NCBI GenBank assembly: GCA_963520835.1
Contig: CAUQSJ010000004.1
Span: 18,158-82,157, forward strand
From: an uncultured Candidatus Saccharibacteria bacterium
GTDB taxonomy: Bacteria; Patescibacteriota; Saccharimonadia; Saccharimonadales; Saccharimonadaceae
Length of the DNA stretch: 64,000 nt
Direction: 5' to 3'
Within the stretch, counting starts at the first letter, position 1. Each line of letters starts with the position of its first letter. Shown here in pieces: positions 8,712 to 16,115 of the stretch. A model generated the notes under the pieces. It did not search any database, was not told where the DNA came from, and saw only the letters and a program-made list of their open reading frames with translations. A program made the position numbers and the translations under genes.

Positions 8712-9478
8712 TCGAGAAGGTTTTGCGGATTCCAGGTGGCAAGCGCGGCGATTTTGGCGGGAAGCATGCCAGTCCAGAGAGAAAGCGGAGTGAAATTGGT
8801 GTGATCGAGGCGGATGGTATAGACTTCGCCAGCTTTGTCTATAATAATCTGGTCGCTATGTAGAGTGATAAGCGTTAGCGGATAACTGATAGTGAATTTG
8901 TGTAAGGTTTCAATTACAGAAGTGAGCGGCATGGAAAGTAGGAGCATTTTAGGAAAATAAACGGCTTGAAAAAGTTTTTGCAGCTGTGGCATAGTGGTAA
9001 GTAGAATCAGGTTTTCGTGCTGGAGATTTTCTTCAGCGTTATTGGTAATAATTTCAATAGCATCACGACAGGCTACGACTACTTGATTTTTGTGAAGTGA
9101 TTTTAGGGCTTCGTTAATGGCGATGGAAGTGGTGGAATTTTTGGAAAAATTACCGGATAGAAAAATCGTATCAGCAGAAAGAAAACTTTCGGTGAGTTTT
9201 TCGTGACGATCGAAGGAGCCAGAGGGAGTAGATTTTAGAAAATCGATGTAATTAATTACCGGAAGTTTGTTTTGAAGAGTGTCTGGTAAAAATAATTTAA
9301 GAGTTTTAAGTGGTAATTTTTCGAGAAACTCGGTGGTGCGAATTTCACTTAGAAAATTTTCGCTATTGCCACCAAAAATTGAAAGACGGCCAGATTTTTG
9401 GGTGGGGATATTCCATAAAATATTGTGGTCTTCGTTACCGATAAGTTTGTGCCAGTAGGTGAAATTATTGGGATTCAT
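8669..9478 (-). CDS. hypothetical protein; weak resemblance to the YjeF-C / ribokinase-like fold
   Basis: 269 aa. GRLSIFGGNS near the N-terminus and TGMLPAKIAAL near the C-terminus sit where NAD(P)HX dehydratases carry GGS..GA and GSGDVLAG. The motifs are degenerate, so the function call is weak. Confidence 0.3.
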   Translation of the reverse strand: MNPNNFTYWHKLIGNEDHNILWNIPTQKSGRLSIFGGNSENFLSEIRTTEFLEKLPLKTLKLFLPDTLQNKLPVINYIDFLKSTPSGSFDRHEKLTESFLSADTIFLSGNFSKNSTTSIAINEALKSLHKNQVVVACRDAIEIITNNAEENLQHENLILLTTMPQLQKLFQAVYFPKMLLLSMPLTSVIETLHKFTISYPLTLITLHSDQIIIDKAGEVYTIRLDHTNFTPLSLWTGMLPAKIAALATWNPQNLLDVATASINWDVRQI

Positions 9479-9497
9479 AATGTTGGGATTTAGAATG

Positions 9498-10346
9498 TTA
9501 AAAATTTAGGGTGATAGAAATTGGGCAGTGGTCAGAACCGAGAATGGATTCGTAAATTTCAGCGGCTTCAAGATTTTTTTCAAGTGATTTTGAAATGAAG
9601 AAATAATCAATACGCCAACCTATATTATTTTCGCGCGCCTTCCCCCAGTGTGACCACCAAGTATAGCGAGCAGTGTCAGGGTTAAGCGAGCGAAAAGTAT
9701 CAATGAAATCTTGTTTTAGAATTTCGGAAATACCTTGACGTTCTTCGATGGTGAAGCCAGCATTTTTGGTATTTTGTTTCGGACGTGCGAGATCAATTTC
9801 TTGGTGTGCGGCATTAAAATCGCCACAGACTACCACGGGTTTGGTTTTTTCGAGATGTTTCAAATAAGCCAGAAAGAGCGGGTCCCAAAGTTCATGACGT
9901 AGTTTGAGACGCGATAAATCAGTTTTGGAATTTGGGGTATAAACATTAACTAGATAGAAATTTTCGGTTTCAAGCGTAAGAACGCGACCTTCAGAAAACG
10001 GCGAACCAAAGCCGTCATTTTCGAGAAGTTTTGATTTTGCTTGATCGAAATCGGGGCTTTTAAAATATTCGGAAAGATTGGTTTCGATGGAAAGGATTTT
10101 TTGATCGGTTTTAGCAATGGTCATAGTACCAGAATAGCCAGCACGTTCCGCAGAGTTCCAGTTTAATTGATAATTTTCTAGCGGAGTGTTTAAAATTTCC
10201 TTTTCAACTTGTTCAGGTTTAGCTTTAACTTCTTGGAAACAGCAAAAATCTGGATTTTCGGTGTTAAGAAAGTTTTGAATAGCTTGTTTTTTCAAGACAG
10301 CACGCATGCCATTTACGTTCCAGGAAAAAAGACGAATTTTAGACAT
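9498..10346 (-). CDS. xth: exodeoxyribonuclease III (AP endonuclease)
   Basis: I chose the start at MSKIRLFSWNVNGMRA (ATG 10346). The longer track ORF would overlap smpB. ExoIII motifs: WNVNG, QEVK, CGDFN, SDHCP. Confidence 0.88.
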   Translation of the reverse strand: MSKIRLFSWNVNGMRAVLKKQAIQNFLNTENPDFCCFQEVKAKPEQVEKEILNTPLENYQLNWNSAERAGYSGTMTIAKTDQKILSIETNLSEYFKSPDFDQAKSKLLENDGFGSPFSEGRVLTLETENFYLVNVYTPNSKTDLSRLKLRHELWDPLFLAYLKHLEKTKPVVVCGDFNAAHQEIDLARPKQNTKNAGFTIEERQGISEILKQDFIDTFRSLNPDTARYTWWSHWGKARENNIGWRIDYFFISKSLEKNLEAAEIYESILGSDHCPISITLNF

Positions 10347-10776
10347 GTAGACGCTTTCTAGCCTCTCGATCGAGGTCATGATTTTTAATCGAAACACGCT
10401 TGTCATAGCGTTTTTTACCGGTAGCGAGGGAGACCTCGATTTTAATATAACGATCGCCGCCAAATAATTTAGTTGGTACGATGGTGTTGCCGAGTTGTTT
10501 AGATTTTTCGAGTGAATGAAGCTGCTTTTTGGTGATGAGCAGACGAATGTTGCGGGCGGTTTCGGCACCAAGTGTGAGGTTGTTTAGCCAGAGTTCGCCA
10601 TCCTTAATAGTGACAAATGAGCCTTTAAGTTGGACGTGGTGATCACGAATTAGGCGGACTTCCGGTCCGGTCAAGCTCATACCGCAGATAATTTTATCGC
10701 CGAGATGATAATCAAAACTCGCACGTCGGTTGACGGCGACAGAAGAGGTTTGCTTTGGTTTTGATTTTTTACCCAT
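10339..10776 (-). CDS. smpB: SsrA-binding protein SmpB
   Basis: 145 aa. NRRASFDY..GxEV..LK..L...DGE.WL pattern plus a basic C-terminal tail. 8-nt overlap with the xth start. Confidence 0.9.
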   Translation of the reverse strand: MGKKSKPKQTSSVAVNRRASFDYHLGDKIICGMSLTGPEVRLIRDHHVQLKGSFVTIKDGELWLNNLTLGAETARNIRLLITKKQLHSLEKSKQLGNTIVPTKLFGGDRYIKIEVSLATGKKRYDKRVSIKNHDLDREARKRLHV

Positions 10777-10820
10777 AGCTTAATTATAACAGATACTAAA
10801 AGTGTTATATAATAGAGATT

Positions 10821-12101
10821 ATGAAAATTGTGATTGCTTCTGATATTTATTATCCGATGACGAATGGAGTGGCGGTGTTTGCGCATAATTTAGCTAATGG
10901 CTTGGCTCAGGCGGGTCATGAAGTTTTGGTGATCGCGCCAAGTTTTACGGGGGAATATCATGAAGAAATCGATGAAAAAACTAGAGTGAAGACTGTTCAT
11001 TTGTCTTCAATTCGATTCCCTTTTTATCCTGACCAAATCAATCCAGTGCCAGAGAATCCGGAATTTTTAGGTATACCTTTGCCGCGATTAACTTATAAAA
11101 ATGGTATTTGGTGGACGGTTAACCCTTGGGTGGAAGTGAAGAAGGTGTTGGATGAATTTCAGCCAGATGTGATACATCTCCAGACGGCGGAATTTATTGC
11201 GCTTGCGGTAATGAGCTATGTGAAGAAACGAGACGTTCCACTAGTTTCAACTGGTCACGCGTATCCGGATAATATTACTGATCAACTATTTTTCTTACAA
11301 CCAAAGCCGCTTAAAAAATTATCGAATGCGATCTTGAAGGCGCACATGATGAGTTTTTTGAAAAATTCTGAATATGCGACGATGCCAACCGAGATTGCAA
11401 TTGGTGATTTGGTGCCAAAAAATCGTAAATATTTTAAAGTACCGGTAGAGGCGCTTTCAAATGGGGTAGATTTAGCACAGTTTAAGCCGGCACCAGCTAG
11501 TCAGGAGATTTTGAAAAAATATCATCTGGATGATGGTAAGAATAAAATTATGTACATCGGACGGGTGGATCCGGAAAAAAGTATTGATGTAGCGGTGAAA
11601 GCTTTTGCTTTGCTTCTAGCGGACGGAATTTCGAATATTGAACTAGTGATTGTGGGTGACGGTATCGATGTGGTGAGATTAAAAGAACTTACCGAGGAGC
11701 TGGGCATTAGTGATGAGGTAAAATTCCTCGGTAAAATTATGATGCCGGAACTCGCAAAAGTTTATCGCATGGGTACAATGTTTGCTACGGGCTCTGAGAC
11801 TGAGACTCAAGGAATTGTTTTGATTGAAGCGGCAGCGACTGGTTTGCCTCTTGTGGCTGTGAACGCTGGAGCAGTGGGGGAAATTTGTGTCGATGGTTTT
11901 AACGGTGAACTTGTGGAAGTTGGCAACATCGAAGCGTTCAAAGAAGCTATGAAAAAGATTCTTTTGGACAAGAAACTTCAAAAAGAATATAGTAAAAATT
12001 CTTTGGAAATTTCAAAGAAACATGATTTGAGACATACTTTGAAGCGCTTCGAAGAAATTTATGAGGAAGCGATTCGCTTAAAACGTGCAGAAGCGGAATA
12101 A
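10821..12101 (+). CDS. glycosyltransferase family 4 (GT-B)
   Basis: 426 aa. N-terminal MKIVIASDIYYPMTNGVAVF and the E-x7-E region ETETQGIVLIEAAATGLPLVAV. Confidence 0.85.
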   Translation: MKIVIASDIYYPMTNGVAVFAHNLANGLAQAGHEVLVIAPSFTGEYHEEIDEKTRVKTVHLSSIRFPFYPDQINPVPENPEFLGIPLPRLTYKNGIWWTVNPWVEVKKVLDEFQPDVIHLQTAEFIALAVMSYVKKRDVPLVSTGHAYPDNITDQLFFLQPKPLKKLSNAILKAHMMSFLKNSEYATMPTEIAIGDLVPKNRKYFKVPVEALSNGVDLAQFKPAPASQEILKKYHLDDGKNKIMYIGRVDPEKSIDVAVKAFALLLADGISNIELVIVGDGIDVVRLKELTEELGISDEVKFLGKIMMPELAKVYRMGTMFATGSETETQGIVLIEAAATGLPLVAVNAGAVGEICVDGFNGELVEVGNIEAFKEAMKKILLDKKLQKEYSKNSLEISKKHDLRHTLKRFEEIYEEAIRLKRAEAE

Positions 12102-13120
12102 TGAGATTGGAGAAAATAATGCAGAAAAAATGGTCTTGGCAGGATTTACCTAAACATTTTACGATTTTAGCCCCGATGGAGGGGGTGACGGATGTGGTTT
12201 TTCGTCAAGTGATTAACCGGGCAGGTAGACCAGATGTGTTTTTTACGGAATTTACTAATGTTTCTTCTTTTGCTTCAGAGAAAGGTCGCGATAATGCACT
12301 TGAACGTCTCGATGTGGTGGAAACGGATTCGCCGATTATTGCGCAAATTTGGGGAAAAAATCCGGAGCAATTTGGTTTGCTGGCAAGTAAATTGGAAGAA
12401 CTTGGTTTTGATGGACTCGATATTAATATGGGCTGTCCAGATCGGCATGTCAATAAAGCGGGCGGTGGTGCAGCAATGATCCGTACGCCAGAATTGGCCC
12501 TTGAATGTATTCGTTCGGCGAAAGCAAACACTAATCTACCGGTTTCGGTGAAGACGCGCCTTGGCTTTACTTACGTCGATGAGTTTCGTGAATGGCTACC
12601 GAAAATTCTAGCGGAGGATGTGGCGAATTTGACGATTCATTTACGCACACGCAAGGAAATGTCAAAAGTACCAGCACATTATGAGTTAATCCCAGAGATT
12701 TTAGCTATTCGTGATGAAGTCGCACCACGAACTTTGATTACAATTAATGGTGATATTGCGGACATGGCGGATGTGAAAAAACTCAGCGAGGCTTATCCAG
12801 AGGTGGATGGTTTTATGATTGGTCGTGGGGTATTCTTCAATCCATATTGTTTTACTAATCGTAAACCAGTGGGGCTGGGTGGTGAAGTTGAAATTCCGGA
12901 GGTTATGGAATTATTCCGTTTTCATCTAGATGTTTTTGATGCGAGATGTGGAGAGTTAGAAGAACGCGGCTCGAGGTATCCATTTGAGCCACTGAAGCGT
13001 ATGTTTAAAGTCTACGTGAACTCTTTTGATGGAGCTTCGGACTTGCGCATAAAATTGATGGATTGCAAAAATACGACGGAAATTCGGGCGGTATTAGATG
13101 AATTTTGTGCAAAATTGTAA
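12101..13120 (+). CDS. dus: tRNA-dihydrouridine synthase
   Basis: 339 aa. Motifs LAPMEGVTD and DINMGCP, TIM-barrel FMN enzyme pattern. 1-nt TAATG overlap with the upstream gene. An alternative start exists at 12119. Confidence 0.85.
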   Translation: MRLEKIMQKKWSWQDLPKHFTILAPMEGVTDVVFRQVINRAGRPDVFFTEFTNVSSFASEKGRDNALERLDVVETDSPIIAQIWGKNPEQFGLLASKLEELGFDGLDINMGCPDRHVNKAGGGAAMIRTPELALECIRSAKANTNLPVSVKTRLGFTYVDEFREWLPKILAEDVANLTIHLRTRKEMSKVPAHYELIPEILAIRDEVAPRTLITINGDIADMADVKKLSEAYPEVDGFMIGRGVFFNPYCFTNRKPVGLGGEVEIPEVMELFRFHLDVFDARCGELEERGSRYPFEPLKRMFKVYVNSFDGASDLRIKLMDCKNTTEIRAVLDEFCAKL

Positions 13121-13126
13121 CAAAAA

Positions 13127-13147
13127 AGAGGGGGTTAATTCCCCTCT
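13127..13147 (-). terminator. rho-independent terminator of CDS 13155-13412
   Basis: 7-bp stem AGAGGGG/CCCCTCT with a 7-nt loop. On the minus strand it is followed by TTTTTT. Confidence 0.55.
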
Positions 13148-13154
13148 CTCTAGA

Positions 13155-13412
13155 TTAGTTAGCCGCAATATGCCAAGTCAAATCTGTAGCGTTAAACATC
13201 AGACGACATTGCTCCTTTCCGACTAAGACGTCGAAGACGTGAATCGCGGTATTGCCGACGAAACGGATGTGGGTGCGGAGTAATTCCGTCACCTCGGACT
13301 CATCGTAGCCACGTCGCTTGAAAGTGAGCGGTTGGCATGAAGTCATTTGATAGCCAAAAAGGGCCATCACTTCGACACGTTCTAGATTGTTAAGATTAGT
13401 TTGGTTTTGCAT
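13155..13412 (-). CDS. hypothetical protein (85 aa)
   Basis: Clean ORF with its own terminator. No recognisable motif. Confidence 0.45.
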   Translation of the reverse strand: MQNQTNLNNLERVEVMALFGYQMTSCQPLTFKRRGYDESEVTELLRTHIRFVGNTAIHVFDVLVGKEQCRLMFNATDLTWHIAAN

Positions 13413-13657
13413 AAGTAACTCCTAAATTATTTAAAATAAGAGTCATTTATGTGAGCCCGATTTATTGGCTCCTGGCTAAAAGTATAAATGACGATACTTA
13501 AAGCTAAAACATTTTCTCATTGCCAGTGACCGAAGTATAGCAAGATATTTTAATTTTAGCACAAAAAGTATGTTTTAATGCAAAAGATAAGATTTTGTGT
13601 AGATGAAATTTTGCTCAAAATTTAGGCATAAAAATGGGGAATGCGAGGCATAAAAAT

Positions 13658-13674
13658 GGGAGGCAGAGCCTCCC
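13658..13674 (-). terminator. GC-rich hairpin with a minus-strand T-run
   Basis: GGGAGGC-AGA-GCCTCCC. The minus-strand continuation is ATTTTTAT. It is preceded by a direct repeat AGGCATAAAAATGGG at 13624-13638 and 13646-13660. Confidence 0.45.
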
Positions 13675-13707
13675 GAAAAAGCGTGAAAATTGCAAACCGA
13701 TAGTTGC

Positions 13708-13784
13708 TGCTGATATTTTGGAAGAAGAATACTAGAGAGTAGTAGTTTTTTCAGGGAGCTAGTATTCGATATCAGCAATTTTTT
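13708..13784 (+). other. compound hairpin plus T-run (orphan terminator-like or sRNA 3' end)
   Basis: Outer 9-bp stem 13708-13716/13769-13777, inner 9-bp stem GAATACTAG/CTAGTATTC at 13727-13735/13759-13767, then TTTTTT at 13779-13784. No plus-strand CDS lies upstream. Confidence 0.35.
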
Positions 13785-13816
13785 GGAATTTTAATAATCT
13801 AGTTGCATGTGCTATG

Positions 13817-13849
13817 TATGATTAATCTATGATTAATCTATGATTAATC
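13817..13849 (-). repeat. 3 perfect tandem copies of an 11-bp unit (TATGATTAATC) spanning the stop of CDS 13844-14023
   Basis: Copies at 13817-13827, 13828-13838 and 13839-13849. The last contains the final Asp codon plus TAA. Confidence 0.85.
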
Positions 13850-14023
13850 GTTGTAGAACCCTAGGGTTCTAGCTGAATTTAGCATCACCTCCTTTTCGGA
13901 ATCCCAAGCTCCCTGAAAATATTCAGGATGATTTTTGTAATCTTGCGCAAATCTCTGAACATCCCCAGGGTTGCTGGAATCATAGCTATTGCCATAAACA
14001 TCGTTGGTTATAATAACGCCCAT
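13844..14023 (-). CDS. hypothetical small protein (59 aa from ATG 14023; the track ORF starts at TTG 14047)
   Basis: GGAAGGGGG Shine-Dalgarno-like run 5-8 nt upstream of ATG 14023. No recognisable domain. Confidence 0.4.
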   Translation of the reverse strand: MGVIITNDVYGNSYDSSNPGDVQRFAQDYKNHPEYFQGAWDSEKEVMLNSARTLGFYND

Positions 14024-14119
14024 ATGGAAACCCCCTTCCATAAACAAGCAATTTTCACGTACACTAACCTAAATCCTAGTTAGATTAGACGGCTTAATTC
14101 TACCATAAAAATGCTGATA

Positions 14120-14164
14120 TGTCAATGTTAAAAAATTGACAAGATTAGAAAAAAATTGTAGAAT
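14120..14164 (+). promoter_or_regulatory. strong sigma70-like promoter with an overlapping inverted repeat (candidate operator)
   Basis: -35 TTGACA (14136-14141), 17-nt spacer, -10 TAGAAT (14159-14164). Inverted repeat TGTCAAT-N8-ATTGACA (14120-14126 / 14135-14141) overlaps the -35. GGAGG RBS lies before ATG 14232. Confidence 0.55.
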
Positions 14165-14231
14165 ATAAGAACTGATTAAGATTAATTAGTGTGACTTTTT
14201 TGATAGTAGTTCTTTAAGAGGAGGTTTCCGT

Positions 14232-14810
14232 ATGGAAAAAGATTGCGAAAATGAAGTTTATGTTGCTAATGGTGAAATTCGGGTACTAATCATGGCAAGA
14301 ATATTAGCTTGTTTTGTGATTTTCGGATTATTGCTTGGTGTGATACCTATGCCAATATCAGTAATTTTAATATTGCTGATGTGGCTTACGAATTTTGGTG
14401 TGGGTGGATCAATCGTCTTTGATCGCGTTTGCCTAGTTTGTTTGCATGTCGATAAACCACAGAAAATGATAACTATTTTTTCTGAAATGTTACTTAGTGC
14501 ATTTATTTGGGGATATGCTGTTTATTGGCTGAACTTCTGGTTATTGTTAATCTTGTCGATATTTTCGATCTTGACGGTAGCTTGGACAAATCTAGATCAC
14601 AATATGAAGTATGTGGATTTGTATGGTAGAGGAATTAATGTTGCAGTTGAGCTGGCGAATGGGAGATTCATTAACTTGGCTATAGTGCCAATGTTTGTAA
14701 TTTTCGGTTCAGTCTTCGGTGCGTCATTTAAGTTGTTATATGTGATGATTATTGCTGTGATACTCTATTATATTCACAATAGGATTTTAATTGAAGTCAC
14801 TAGATCATAA
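14232..14810 (+). CDS. hypothetical polytopic membrane protein
   Basis: 192 aa with about 5-6 hydrophobic helices, low GC, strong RBS. Confidence 0.55.
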   Translation: MEKDCENEVYVANGEIRVLIMARILACFVIFGLLLGVIPMPISVILILLMWLTNFGVGGSIVFDRVCLVCLHVDKPQKMITIFSEMLLSAFIWGYAVYWLNFWLLLILSIFSILTVAWTNLDHNMKYVDLYGRGINVAVELANGRFINLAIVPMFVIFGSVFGASFKLLYVMIIAVILYYIHNRILIEVTRS

Positions 14811-14824
14811 GATATAAATCTCCT

Positions 14825-14853
14825 GGCACTCCAGAAATGGGGTGCTATTTTTT
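14825..14853 (+). terminator. rho-independent terminator
   Basis: 8-bp stem GGCACTCC/GGGGTGCT (two G-U pairs), 6-nt loop, then ATTTTTT. Confidence 0.45.
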
Positions 14854-14935
14854 GGATTTTGAAAAAATAGTTTTATTTTACTCTCATTTTTAAAAAAGCT
14901 TATGCTAAAATAAAATAAAATCTGGAGAGAAAAAG

Positions 14936-15505
14936 ATGGGTAGAAGGCATATCAAAAATCGGGTATATCAAAGAACCGAACGAAAAATTTTTAATGCTTT
15001 GGCAAGTATATCAAAAGATAAAAGTTTAGCCGAAATCCAAATACGCGAGCTTGTCAGGGTAGCTAAGATTGCTGAGTCGACATTTTATGATCATTATCGT
15101 AATTTGGCAGATTTGATGAATAAAAATCGTGCTGTTTTCTTGAAACATCTGGAAGATGAAGTAAAAACAAATTTTCAATTAGAGATGAGTATGGAACAAT
15201 TTTATGAAAAATTGTTCATTTTTTTATACAAAGAAAATCGTTTGGAATTAATGCAGATGGACTTTCATAAAATGATGAATTTGGCGTTATTTCGAGTGGA
15301 ATTTAAGATGTTGATTTATCGCTTTTGGAATCGCTATGATCCGGAGCTAATGGAAGCAATCTACGACCATTTCCTGGCAGATTTAGTGGCAGAATTGTAT
15401 CGTTGGCGTCGCGAAAAATATCACAAAAACTTTATCGTGAAGCACGCGCGAAATTTGGTATATTTGACGAAAAATGCCCCGAGATTTTATGTGAATTTGG
15501 CTTAG
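14936..15505 (+). CDS. TetR/AcrR-like transcriptional regulator (divergent)
   Basis: 189 aa. The N-terminal segment IRELVRVAKIAESTFYDHYRNLADLM matches the TetR HTH signature (..A.vs..tfY.hF..k..L). The remainder is helical. Confidence 0.5.
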   Translation: MGRRHIKNRVYQRTERKIFNALASISKDKSLAEIQIRELVRVAKIAESTFYDHYRNLADLMNKNRAVFLKHLEDEVKTNFQLEMSMEQFYEKLFIFLYKENRLELMQMDFHKMMNLALFRVEFKMLIYRFWNRYDPELMEAIYDHFLADLVAELYRWRREKYHKNFIVKHARNLVYLTKNAPRFYVNLA

Positions 15506-15598
15506 AAAAAACGTGAATTTGGCCTGGAAATATATGAAGCTGAATTATATATACGCGAATCTGGATTAGAAATACGTAAACCTAGCTTGGAAAATGGA
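15491..15598 (+). repeat. about 5 degenerate tandem copies (21-22 bp) of the 3' end of the TetR-like gene
   Basis: GTGAATTTGGCTTAGAAA (15491, coding, stop TAG 15503-15505), GTGAATTTGGCCTGGAAA (15513), a degenerate copy near 15535, GCGAATCTGGATTAGAAA (15555), GTAAACCTAGCTTGGAAAA (15576). Together they fill the whole convergent spacer up to the nrdG stop. Confidence 0.7.
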
Positions 15599-15599
15599 G

Positions 15600-16115
15600 C
15601 TATTCGATACTTGTAACCTCACCATCTTTGAGATGTAAGAGATGTTGATTTTTAGAGCCTCGGAATTTTAGGGTAAGATCACGCTCGGCAAGGACGAATG
15701 GTCCGTCGATTAAGGCGTCGAGGGTTTTGAAAAATTCCCATTGGTCATTCTGTTTTGCCTTAATTTCTTCATAAGTGTAGCCAGAAAATGACCAAACATT
15801 CCAACCAAGTTCTTCTTTGACGAATTTGGCGATTTCGATACAGGCTTCGGCTTGAAGTGACGGTTCCCCACCACAGAAAGTAAGGCCGGTTTGCCCCTTG
15901 AGGGAGCGGAGTTCTTGTTTGATATCTTCAATATCGACAAGAACCCCACCTTCTTCGTCCCAGGTTTCTTGATTTTGGCAGCCCTCACAGTGGATAAAGC
16001 AACCTTGAGTCCAAATCACGGCACGTAACCCATAGCCATTAACGATACTATCATGTTCAATCGGGCCGGAAAGACGGATATGGGTTTTATCAGAACCAGG
16101 GACGCGGGACGACAT
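15600..16115 (-). CDS. nrdG: anaerobic ribonucleoside-triphosphate reductase activating protein (radical SAM)
   Basis: 171 aa. CFIHCEGC cluster motif (CxxxCxxC), GGEP motif. Lies immediately downstream of nrdD. Confidence 0.9.
   Translation of the reverse strand: MSSRVPGSDKTHIRLSGPIEHDSIVNGYGLRAVIWTQGCFIHCEGCQNQETWDEEGGVLVDIEDIKQELRSLKGQTGLTFCGGEPSLQAEACIEIAKFVKEELGWNVWSFSGYTYEEIKAKQNDQWEFFKTLDALIDGPFVLAERDLTLKFRGSKNQHLLHLKDGEVTSIE

Noticed and set aside
10347-10571. N-terminal extension of the exonuclease III ORF
   Set aside because: It would overlap smpB by over 230 nt. The conserved ExoIII N-terminus begins at MSKIRLFSWNVNG (ATG 10346). Similar 5' extensions of the track ORFs were trimmed for prfB (28746-28820), secA (37044-37094), rpsB and the cutinase-like gene.
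10777-10820. tmRNA (ssrA) next to smpB
   Set aside because: The flanking spacers are only about 44 nt or are occupied by coding sequence. No tRNA-Ala-like acceptor/T-arm or tag reading frame was seen.
13575-13778. 67-aa minus-strand ORF in the structured spacer
   Set aside because: It overlaps the hairpins and direct repeats, has no RBS, and its Leu/Ser-rich composition is consistent with chance in AT-rich DNA.
7537-15598. 3'-end repeats as DGR variable/template repeat pairs
   Set aside because: No reverse transcriptase is present in the window. The units are only 11-44 bp. The copies are strictly tandem. The mismatches are mostly ordinary transitions rather than adenine-specific substitutions.
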